64,000 nucleotides of DNA. It comes from Sedimenticola sp. GTDB lineage: Bacteria; Pseudomonadota; Gammaproteobacteria; Chromatiales; Chromatiaceae. How positions within the stretch are numbered: position 1 is the first letter of the stretch; the number at the start of each line of letters is the position of its first letter. Location of the stretch: assembly GCA_027024025.1 (NCBI GenBank), contig JALVTT010000157.1, positions 128-64,127 on the forward strand, given 5' to 3'. Below are positions 40,525 to 49,454 of the stretch, one piece after another. The notes beneath the pieces were generated by a model. That model did not search any database and had not been told where the DNA came from. It saw nothing but the letters and a program-made list of their open reading frames with translations. The position numbers were made by a program, and so were the translations under genes.

Positions 40525-42326
40525 TCAAGAAAAAGAAAGAAATGAACTTGGGAGAAAACCAAGGGCAATCGACCGAAGTGGACAAGTACGAGTTCGAACC
40601 CATTCAGGGGTACCCAATGCTGCACTGGAAAGGAAAGCGGCCGTTCCAGTCAACGCAGTATTACCCGGCGCAGCTCAAGGAAGTATATGGCCCAGAGGTT
40701 AAAGGGTGGCGGAACAAGATTTACTGGGGGGATAACCTTCAGGTGATGGGTCATTTGTTGAAGGAATATCGAGGAAAAGTTGATCTTGTTTATATCGACC
40801 CCCCGTATGACTCTAAAGCAGAATACAAGAAATCTATTTCCGCAAAAGGAAAGAAAACGACATCTGACCAGTCTTCGTTTGAGGAAATGCAGTATACGGA
40901 CATTTGGACTAATGACTCATACCTTCAATTTATGTATGAGAGGCTTATTATTGTTCGTGAATTATTGTCGCCTACGGGGAGCATTTATGTTCATTGTGAT
41001 TGGCATAAGAATCACTATATACGCTGCATTCTTGATGAGATATTTGGACCCAACCATTTCAGAAATGAGATCGCATGGCATTATTTTGGATTTAAGAGAT
41101 CTACTGCCAGAAAGTTTCCGCAGAAACATGACACTATATTGTCGTACGTTAAATCTGATGAATATACGTGGAACGTACAGTACAGACCGCATAGTGAAGA
41201 ATATGTAAAAAGGTTCAAGGAAGATGAGAACGGTCGACTATATAGAGATGATGTTAATCCTACTGGAGGAGGATCTCGTATAATATACTTAGACGAAGTG
41301 CCAGGAGATATTATTGACTCAACGTGGGATGACATTCCACCTGTTAACCCTGTAGCAAAAGAACGCCAGAATTATCCAACCCAAAAGCCGGAGGCGTTAA
41401 TTGAGAGGATAGTTGCCGCTTCAACTAACCCAGGCGATCTGGTATTTGACTCTTTTATGGGGGCGGGAACAACCCAAGCCGTCGCCATGAAACTTGGCCG
41501 TCGCTTCATCGGTGCGGACATCAACCTTGGGGCCATACAGACTACCACCAAGCGTCTAATTAAGGTGGCTGAGGAGCTAAAAAACAATCAAAACGACCTT
41601 CTTGATGCAGAAGAACAACCCACCTACTACACCGGGTTTGAAGTCTACAATGTCAACCACTACGACATCTTCCGCAGCCCGGTAGAAGCGAAGGAACTAC
41701 TCATCGAAGCCCTGGAGATCCAAAAGTTGGAGACCAGCAATATCTACGATGGCGAGAAGGATGGCCGCATGGTAAAGATCATGCCGGTCAATCGCATTGC
41801 GACCAAGGCCGATCTGAACGACCTTATCGCCAACTTGGACTACAAGGCCTTCGAGCGCCGCCAAGCCGAACATCCCACCCGGCCGGTAGAGAAGCTACTC
41901 ATCGTCTGCATGGGCCACGAGCCTGACTTAGCAGCGACGCTGCAGAACGAGGTGCCGTTCCCTCTGGATATTGAGGTGGTGGACATCCTGCGTGACAAGT
42001 CCAACCTGGAGTTCAAGCGCGATGCCGAAGCCAAAGTGATGGCCAAAAATGGGAAACTGATCATCGAACAGTTCTACCCCATGAACCTGCTACAGAAGCT
42101 CAGCTTGATGAAGGAGAATGTGGAAGACTGGCGCGAGCTCGTAGAATCAGTGATGGTGGACTGGAACTACGACGGGGCGGTACTGGAGCCGGCCGTCGTG
42201 GATCTACCCGACAAGAATGAGCTGGTCAAAGGAGAATACGAGATTCCCGAAGATGCCGGCACCATCATGGTAAAGATCACTGACCTGCTTTCAGAATCCC
42301 TGGAAGTGGAGGTTCAATATGGCTAA
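40521..42326 (+). CDS. mod: Type III-like DNA methyltransferase (Mod; beta-class N6A/N4C)
   Basis: Motif IV (DLVYIDPPYDS) precedes motif I (FDSFMGAGTTQAVAMKLGRRFIGADIN), with a variable region between them. ATGA overlap with the helicase gene. Confidence 0.85.
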   Translation: MIKKKKEMNLGENQGQSTEVDKYEFEPIQGYPMLHWKGKRPFQSTQYYPAQLKEVYGPEVKGWRNKIYWGDNLQVMGHLLKEYRGKVDLVYIDPPYDSKAEYKKSISAKGKKTTSDQSSFEEMQYTDIWTNDSYLQFMYERLIIVRELLSPTGSIYVHCDWHKNHYIRCILDEIFGPNHFRNEIAWHYFGFKRSTARKFPQKHDTILSYVKSDEYTWNVQYRPHSEEYVKRFKEDENGRLYRDDVNPTGGGSRIIYLDEVPGDIIDSTWDDIPPVNPVAKERQNYPTQKPEALIERIVAASTNPGDLVFDSFMGAGTTQAVAMKLGRRFIGADINLGAIQTTTKRLIKVAEELKNNQNDLLDAEEQPTYYTGFEVYNVNHYDIFRSPVEAKELLIEALEIQKLETSNIYDGEKDGRMVKIMPVNRIATKADLNDLIANLDYKAFERRQAEHPTRPVEKLLIVCMGHEPDLAATLQNEVPFPLDIEVVDILRDKSNLEFKRDAEAKVMAKNGKLIIEQFYPMNLLQKLSLMKENVEDWRELVESVMVDWNYDGAVLEPAVVDLPDKNELVKGEYEIPEDAGTIMVKITDLLSESLEVEVQYG

Positions 42327-44940
42327 GCGCACCACCAGCGGGCTGGATCTCAACTTCACCTTCTACGAGCACCTGCGGGCCTTCTATCTGGAGAACAAGG
42401 GCACCATCCGCAAGCACTACCGCGAGCTTTCGAAGAAGTTCCTGGATTTCAATGACCCGTCGGACGGCACTGCCTTTTTGCGCCTCCCCCAGTTCGAGGC
42501 GTTGGAGATGTACGTCTTTCTGAAAGAGTTTCTGGATAATCAGCCGGTGCACCGGCTGTTTCGTGACTGGGCGGACAAAACCGGAAAATTTGCTGGCCGT
42601 AAGGACATCGCCCTGCTGGAAGAGCTGAACAAGGACGACTATGAGGCGCTGTTCAAGCGTATGAAGAAACAGGCCCGCCTCTACCCCAACTACATCTTTG
42701 CGCTGACCATGGGCACAGGCAAGACCATTCTCATGGCCACCTGCATCTTCTACGAGTTCATCCTGGCCAACAAATTCCCCAAGGATAAGAAGTACTGCCA
42801 CAATGCCCTGGTGTTCGCCCCTGATCGAACCGTTCTGCAATCGCTGAAAGAGATTCAGACTTTCGACATGGCCAAGGTAGTGCCGCCCGAGTATGTGAAC
42901 TTTCTCACCCAGCACATCCAGTTCCACTTTCTGGAAGAGGCGGGCACCACCCTCAACACCCTGGATCGGTCGCGCTTCAACCTCATCATCTCGAACACCC
43001 AAAAGATTATTCTCAAGAAGCAGCGCAAAGAAAAGACCGCCGCTGACGAGCTGTTCGGCAAGGGGAAGCCCACCTTCGATGCCAAGAGCGTGTATGCCGC
43101 CAATGAAGATCTCTACGGCTTCGATATACCGGAAGACGAACAAGACCTGACCACCAATCAACGCTTCGACAAGTTGCGACGCTTGGAACAGTTGGGCATA
43201 TACATCGACGAAGCGCACCATGCGTTCGGCAAGAACCTAGCCAAAGACACTGGCAGTGTGAAAGACACTCGCAAAACCAGCCTTCGCAATACGGTCGATC
43301 TTTTGGCCAAGAGCCTCAAGGCCTCTGGTACTCATGTGGTGGCCTGCTTCAACTACACCGGCACGCCCTACGTGGGGAGGGAAGTTTTGCCGGAGGTGGT
43401 CTATGCCTATGGCCTGAAAGAGGCCATCGACAAGAGCTTTCTGAAAAAGGTTGTGCTCCACGGATACACCACCACCCGCGACAAAGAGTTTGTGGCCCTA
43501 GCCATCGATAACTTTGTAAAAGAGACCAAGGGTCTTCGTCCCGAGGGGATGTTGCCCAAACTGGCCTTCTTTGCGGCCACCATCGAAGAGCTGCAACAGC
43601 AGTTGCGGCCTGCGGTAGAAGAGGCGCTGACCAAGCATGGTATCCCGCTAGATCGCATACTGGTGAACGTGGGAGACCCGAAGCTCACCACCAACGACGA
43701 CATCCGGGAGTTCAACCTACTTGATTCTCCACGTTCGGAAAAGCAGTTCATTCTGCTGGTGAACAAAGGCCGCGAGGGCTGGAACTGCCGCTCGCTCTTT
43801 GGCGTTGGGCTTTTCCGTGAACCGAAATCCAAGGTATTTGTCTTGCAGGCCACCATGCGCTGCCTGCGCCAGATCGGTGACATCCAGCATACCGGACAGG
43901 TTTATCTTAGCCATTCCAACCTTGAGATTCTCAACGACGAGCTGCAACAAAACTTCCGCATCAGTGCCGAAGAGTTTGAGAACAGTGGTACCAACAAAAT
44001 TCGCGTGGAGGTGCGGCCGGTGCCACCGCCCCGAAAGATCAAACTCAAGCGCATTCATCGTAAATTCAAGCTGGAAGAGAAGAAGCCAACCAGGGGACTC
44101 AGTCTGGAGCTGGATAAGGCGGATACCGAACAGTACAAGTTACTTCACTATACGCAGGAAGGACTGGACCCAGCAGATGCTGCCAGAAAGACGCGTGGGC
44201 AACCAGAAGATCTAACGGCACTACGTGAGCGCCGCGTTTTCAGTGAGATTACACTGGTGGCAGAAATCTCCCGTTATCTGAATAAGCCCTGTCTGATGAT
44301 TCAGGAAGTGTTGGCTGGCACCGAAGAAGGCATAGACAAGATTCTTGAATATATAAACAGGTTCAACGAGCTACTCTATGATTGGATCATTCCGCGACTC
44401 TTCCATGCGCTCTACAAGATCACGCCAGAAGAAGAGACGGAGGAGTACGAGATCGAGCTCATCAAAGTCCCCGAGAAAGGTTACTATGAGGTATCTGCTG
44501 ACAAAGACAAGATTGTTAGAATGGACGACCCTAGCCTAAAGTCCCTACAGAAGGATCGCAGTTTTCACCTGGACACCTACTGTTTCGACTCCGGATCAGA
44601 GAACCAACTGTTCTGGGATCTCCTGCGCGAGCAGCGGGTAAAGAAAATCTACTTCACCGGGATGCTCACCCACGGCCAGTCTGACTTCTTCATTCAGTAC
44701 ATAGACCCGGACTCGCGGACGGTGCGCAGCTACTACCCAGACTTCTTGTTCTTGCGCGAAGAGCCGGATGGGACGGAAAAGTACGTGATAGTCGAAGTCA
44801 AAGCCGACAACCAGATCGACGACGCCGTCGTCCAGGCCAAGAAGGACTTCGCCCAACAGATTGCGGTGGCCAGCGGCATGGAGTACCGGATCATCAAGTC
44901 CACGGATGCGGACAAGCGAAACTACCGCGTGCTGATGTGA
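42319..44940 (+). CDS. res: Type III restriction enzyme Res subunit (SF2 helicase plus C-terminal PD-(D/E)XK)
   Basis: Contains LTMGTGKTILMA (motif I), YIDEAHH (DEAH) and a C-terminal YYPDFLFL...YVIVEVKAD. It overlaps mod by 8 nt. Confidence 0.85.
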   Translation: MAKRTTSGLDLNFTFYEHLRAFYLENKGTIRKHYRELSKKFLDFNDPSDGTAFLRLPQFEALEMYVFLKEFLDNQPVHRLFRDWADKTGKFAGRKDIALLEELNKDDYEALFKRMKKQARLYPNYIFALTMGTGKTILMATCIFYEFILANKFPKDKKYCHNALVFAPDRTVLQSLKEIQTFDMAKVVPPEYVNFLTQHIQFHFLEEAGTTLNTLDRSRFNLIISNTQKIILKKQRKEKTAADELFGKGKPTFDAKSVYAANEDLYGFDIPEDEQDLTTNQRFDKLRRLEQLGIYIDEAHHAFGKNLAKDTGSVKDTRKTSLRNTVDLLAKSLKASGTHVVACFNYTGTPYVGREVLPEVVYAYGLKEAIDKSFLKKVVLHGYTTTRDKEFVALAIDNFVKETKGLRPEGMLPKLAFFAATIEELQQQLRPAVEEALTKHGIPLDRILVNVGDPKLTTNDDIREFNLLDSPRSEKQFILLVNKGREGWNCRSLFGVGLFREPKSKVFVLQATMRCLRQIGDIQHTGQVYLSHSNLEILNDELQQNFRISAEEFENSGTNKIRVEVRPVPPPRKIKLKRIHRKFKLEEKKPTRGLSLELDKADTEQYKLLHYTQEGLDPADAARKTRGQPEDLTALRERRVFSEITLVAEISRYLNKPCLMIQEVLAGTEEGIDKILEYINRFNELLYDWIIPRLFHALYKITPEEETEEYEIELIKVPEKGYYEVSADKDKIVRMDDPSLKSLQKDRSFHLDTYCFDSGSENQLFWDLLREQRVKKIYFTGMLTHGQSDFFIQYIDPDSRTVRSYYPDFLFLREEPDGTEKYVIVEVKADNQIDDAVVQAKKDFAQQIAVASGMEYRIIKSTDADKRNYRVLM

Positions 44941-45139
44941 ACTGAGAGAACCAGAGCTGGAATGTTTCTCCCCACCTACTGTCGCCTGTAAAGAATGCCG
45001 GCACCGTCAAGCCCAGGCCGCCAGCGAACAAGAAAAAAACGACTCAGTTAATCAGGCAGGGGGTAATAGCCGTCTGAAATGGCCGGTTACCACGTTCCAG
45101 CGCCCATCGCCCCGAGGAGACACACGGTAAGTCCTTCCC

Positions 45140-46744
45140 TCAAGGCGTATCCCGTTTCCCCCGCAGCCGGCAACGCATAGTCGCTGGCCGACCACTATCG
45201 AAATATGGGAGCTCGATCTCCTCGTCGATGGTCGTACAGTAGTTCTCAGCAAACAGTTGCAAGTGCGCCGCATCCCGAGCCACATCAGAGTCGGCGGGGA
45301 GGTGCTGAAGAATGGCGTCACTCACAAACATGATGAACTTGCTGCGAGCTCGGGTTAAGGTCACGTTGAATCGTCTCGGGTTCAGAATGAATGCCTCTTC
45401 TGCGGCGACGAAATCGCGGTCAGCGACAACGTAGCTTGCTATCATCAGGTCCCGCTCCTGGCCCTGGAACCTGTCTACTGTATCCACGAATGGCGGTGGA
45501 TCCATGGGCATCCCAGCTGCGTCTACCAGGAGGTTTTTGATGGTAGACATCTGCGCCCGGTGAGGCGTCACGATGCCTAGATGCTCTGACCAGAACTGCT
45601 GGTCACCGGGGCCGTTGCCGTCCTGCTCAAGGATGCGTCGGTACAGCAGGGCAAGAGCCGTAACCATCTGGGCTTCAAACGGATTTGAAAGCGTCGACAT
45701 GTGAACGCCATAGCTGATGACGACCACCGGTATCTCCGGGTCGAGGATCCTTAGAAATAGATCACTCCATGGCAGGTTTGCCGGCCACCCATCCGGCGGG
45801 CTACCTATTGCAGGCAGAGCAATGCCGAGCCTTCGTTCTGGGAAAAACGCCTCGTATCCTTCGCTATAGAACCGCTCCTTGGGCCATCCAGAAATCTCCG
45901 TGTTTGTCCGGTAATTGCGATCCAGGGCAACAGGATCTTTGCCGTGGGTTTCCTGCATGTACGAGAAGATGCAATCGAAAAGCCCCTGAACGCTGTCTCG
46001 CATTTCGAATCCGTAGATCGGACCAAGCTGCTTGTGATCTCCAGCGAGGATTACATGCCCGTCTTCACGCAGAAGCAGGAAATAGGCTGCCGCGTATGCC
46101 ACCGGAACCTGCGATGCTTCGTCGATCACCAGGAGATCGAACCATCTGGCGACTGGAGTCCCATCACCCGAAACAACCTCTGCGAGTCGCCCAAGTTGCG
46201 TCCAGGTGCCACCAACCACCACACATTCTGTCCGCTCATGCATGGCTCCAGCCAGAACGCGTGCTGCCTGTGCCGTGCGAACAACGTCTTCGATGCATTC
46301 ATCGAGAGGAGGCTTCGCCGATTCGTTGCGCAGGCGCGCAATGCGCACATTGCCGGGCAGCTCGCCCAGGACAGAGGCGCGTTGGCCCAGCAAGTCCGCA
46401 ACTTCTCTCAGGACGTTGTCGATGGCGTTGTAATTGCTCGCGCCGACTCCGACCGTGATCGGTTCACCGCTCTGCCATGCGTTTTCTATCCAACCCAAAA
46501 TGACGCCAGCCAGCACGGTTGTCTTTCCGGTCCCCGGTGGACCCCACAGCAATGACAACCGGTCTGTGAACGAGCTATGAAAGGCGTCCGCTTGGCGGGG
46601 ATTGAAGGAGTGCTTCTGGTACTGTGCAACCTGGTTCAGAAGGTCCTCGACCTCTCCGTGGCTACGGGTGACCTGCAACTGCCCGGGCTCATACAGGAAG
46701 CCATGAGCGGGTTCTGTTCGGGGATATTGTACGCGCCTTGCCAT
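45140..46744 (-). CDS. Upf1/Dna2-like SF1B helicase (AAA_11/AAA_12 type)
   Basis: Contains WGPPGTGKTT, LVIDEASQV, LAGDHKQLGPI, DRNYRTN, IVTPHRAQ, VDRFQGQERD and FNVTLTRAR. ATG 46744 lies 2 nt after the upstream stop codon, behind a GGAGGAGGG Shine-Dalgarno sequence. Confidence 0.85.
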   Translation of the reverse strand: MARRVQYPRTEPAHGFLYEPGQLQVTRSHGEVEDLLNQVAQYQKHSFNPRQADAFHSSFTDRLSLLWGPPGTGKTTVLAGVILGWIENAWQSGEPITVGVGASNYNAIDNVLREVADLLGQRASVLGELPGNVRIARLRNESAKPPLDECIEDVVRTAQAARVLAGAMHERTECVVVGGTWTQLGRLAEVVSGDGTPVARWFDLLVIDEASQVPVAYAAAYFLLLREDGHVILAGDHKQLGPIYGFEMRDSVQGLFDCIFSYMQETHGKDPVALDRNYRTNTEISGWPKERFYSEGYEAFFPERRLGIALPAIGSPPDGWPANLPWSDLFLRILDPEIPVVVISYGVHMSTLSNPFEAQMVTALALLYRRILEQDGNGPGDQQFWSEHLGIVTPHRAQMSTIKNLLVDAAGMPMDPPPFVDTVDRFQGQERDLMIASYVVADRDFVAAEEAFILNPRRFNVTLTRARSKFIMFVSDAILQHLPADSDVARDAAHLQLFAENYCTTIDEEIELPYFDSGRPATMRCRLRGKRDTP

Positions 46745-46746
46745 GA

Positions 46747-49453
46747 TCAAACCCTCCTCCTTCTTCTCCTTTGCATCGGGGGAGGGTTGCCACCAATGGC
46801 GCGCAGCGCTTGCTCTATCCTTCGGCTGGAGAAGTCCTGGTACAGCGGATCGAGAACCATCGGCTGATCCATATCAAGAATGCCCTCATCTTGAGCCAGC
46901 CTAAACAAACCACTATTAGATGGCCTGAGCACCAGAAACGGGGGCTCATGCGTCGCTACCAAACGCACCATCTCAACCTGAAGTACTTTTCCAAGTGAAG
47001 CATTCACCATCCACTCTTCATCCAACCCGTATCCATCCAACAGATCCTTTGCTTCGTCGAACGATGATAGACCCAAGTGTATTCGCCACGGAACGTCGAG
47101 TTCGATGTCGGAGTCTTCATTGGATAATGCCAATAGAAAGTCCCCTTCATTTATCCTGGCATCTCGTGATGTGTGAGCAAACGTAAAGGCAAGGAGTTCA
47201 GCGCCAACATAACGGGAATCCGATCTGCGTACCCCTTTGATACAGTCCTCGTACCCCCCCCCCGATGGCTGGCTGAATCCCGCGAATTGAAAAGAAACGA
47301 GCTTCCCGCTCGTCAACGGGAAGTGCCCGGCGCTGTCGGTTCTCAATCTCCTGGGTTGCTACATTCAGCTTCTCGAAGGCGATGAGGCTGCGAGCACGCT
47401 CAGGGACCTTCATCTGCTTTGGTGGAGCAGAGCTGAACGGAGACTTTCGAAGCATAAGCCGGTCACGGTAATGCTCCCGTAGTCGCCTCACGATATGCTG
47501 CAGCGCTCGGAGATGGACGCGTGTTGCGTGCTTGACCCCCTCATAGAGCTCGTCTCGCGTGTATGGCCGCCACCGCGATGGTTGACCCGGAAACCTTGGG
47601 TCAAAATGTCTCAGAAAAATCTTGTCCTGCCATAACTCGTAAGCCCGCTCAAAGGGGATCTGGTCGCTCATGGGAGTGCTGAAGCCGAACGGCAGTTGGA
47701 ACCGGTAAGGGTCACCATTCTCGTTGCGAACGGGAAAGAGTGTGTTGGCTGTCTCGAACAGGGAATAATCATGCGCAATTGGAAGGCCAAGAAGCAGTCG
47801 GACGACATCCTTCACGATAGTACCCGGCTGAGACTTGAACAGCTCTGGGTCAGGCAAGAGATCGTCCGGTGGAAAGAGACGAATCAGCAGCTCTATCAGG
47901 TCCACGACCTCCGGGTGGTTCATGTGTCTCTCGAACATCCGCCGAAGCTGGCGGACCTCGAGCATGTCCCAGAGAAAGATATGGGATGAAAGGAGCTTGT
48001 TAAGCTCATTTCCTTTCTTACCCTGCCGTTTTAGGTGCTTGTTCTCCTCTCCTAATTCTTTGTTCTTCTCTGATACTTCTTCAAGCCACCGAGAGACGAG
48101 GGTGACGAACTCCACCAGGCGGGCCCGCTCTGTATCCGGGTTCATTGCGTCGACGCGGTCCACGACAAACACATGTTCTTCCGTTTGGGGTGGATCCCCC
48201 TGACTGCGGCCCGGTGGGAAGTACACTCGGGCGGCGCCCATGGCGAACGTAATGCCGGAACCGGGATCGAAGTGGACCGTAATGAAGATGTTCTGGTCGC
48301 TCCATGCAGGCATAAGTGAGCATTTGCGCCCCTCAATAACGACGGGCTCGTTGGTGTGGAGTGCTTCGGCTCGCACCAACAGAGCTGGACGATCAGCGCG
48401 AAGCTGGTGACTTGACGCTTCTGCGGCCTGCCACTCCGTTGTGCTGCCTCTGATGGCCTCCCTCAAGCTCTGCGTGGTCGCGATTCCGTTCTGGCGCAGA
48501 AGCTCGGCTTGTCCCTGATTGAGCCACGGCAGCCGGGAGAGATGGTCACAGTTCTCCGCCTCCTGCTTGCAGTATCGGACGTAGTCACATAGCTGGCACT
48601 TTGGCCCCACGTGCCAAGAGGCCTCTTCCGGTCTCTGCTCGAGAACCCGGAGTAGTCGTTCCTCGAAGAACTGCTTGACGTGGACCTGGTACACCTCGTA
48701 GGGGACCGGCACGAGGGTGTCCTGTAGGGCTGAAGTAACAGGGTCACTATCTCCTCTTGCTTCGTATTCACGAACAAGATTCCGGAAGGCGTTAGCATCA
48801 TGACTACCAGGCCAAATGAACCCCTCTGCGCTCACAGCGTATCGATCCGACAGGCCCTGTTCCGCCAATGCCGCCGCCAGCGAGAGCGCGTAGTAGGTGA
48901 CTTCCGTAAAATGGCGAAGGGAAGGCTCGGCCGCCATTTTCACGTCAATCACATGTAGCTCGAACTCCGGCACAGGATCCGGATCGCCGATAAGCGGATG
49001 TCCCGTGCCGCCGGCTCGAATCCATATGATGTCGGGACGGGCTCTTACGGTCTCCAAACCGTAGGTGTCGTATGCCTCTTGGAGACCCGGTGTGATATTT
49101 GACGGAACCTCGAACTCAGCTTCGATGATGGCAAATGGCGGGCTCTCACGCCGCAAGATTTCGAACAGGTTCTCGACCTTACCGAATGGCTTCCGACCAA
49201 CAAGCTCATCGACCTCTTCCTTCTCGACATACTCGACGGCGTCCGGCGGTGAAACGTCGATAAGATCCTGGTACTTGTCCGCCTCCCACCGACGCCCGGC
49301 CGCCTTGATCAGTTCGATACCGGGTCGCTTGTAGGTATCGGCTTCGATGCAGAGAGAGTCTTTTTCGGCGTCGGATGCCAGCCGAAATCGAAGAAAGCGG
49401 TCACAATCAAACTTGAATGTGAGCGCGAGCGTGCCTTTGTCCAGCCGGGGCAT
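46747..49453 (-). CDS. Large Cas4-like PD-(D/E)XK Fe-S nuclease with an RNase-H-like middle region (TM0106-family-like). As sequenced it is split into two frames (49453..47198 and 47346..46747) by a frameshift in a G10 tract
   Basis: Contains FKFDCDRF, PDIIWIR, ELHVIDVKM, TYYALSL and CQLCDYVRYC (a Cas4-type Cys4 arrangement), then an HhH-like LNQGQAELLRQNGI and IFITVHFDPGSG / HIFLWDMLEV. Both frames look like coding sequence on their respective sides of the tract. Confidence 0.7.
47254..47263 (-). repeat. Homopolymeric tract, G10 on the coding strand (C10 on the plus strand)
   Basis: Counted directly in gtaccccccccccgatgg. It lies within the 149-nt overlap of the two nuclease reading frames. 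Confidence 0.95.
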
Positions 49454-49454
49454 G

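Noticed and set aside
44941-45139. The 199-bp gap between the convergent res and helicase genes, searched for a shared terminator or small RNA
   Set aside because: I found no convincing GC-rich stem followed by a U-run on either strand. Nothing can be supported from the sequence alone.
37609-49453. Two Cas4-like nuclease domains inside a Tn7-like element, considered as a sign of a CRISPR-associated transposon (CAST)
   Set aside because: There is no CRISPR array and no Cascade, Cas12k, cas1 or cas2 gene in the element. The Cas4-like domains are fused to or adjacent to helicases and methyltransferases, which fits R-M-like defence cargo. The tniQ product has a TnsD-type Zn finger, and the element sits in a protein-coding attachment site.
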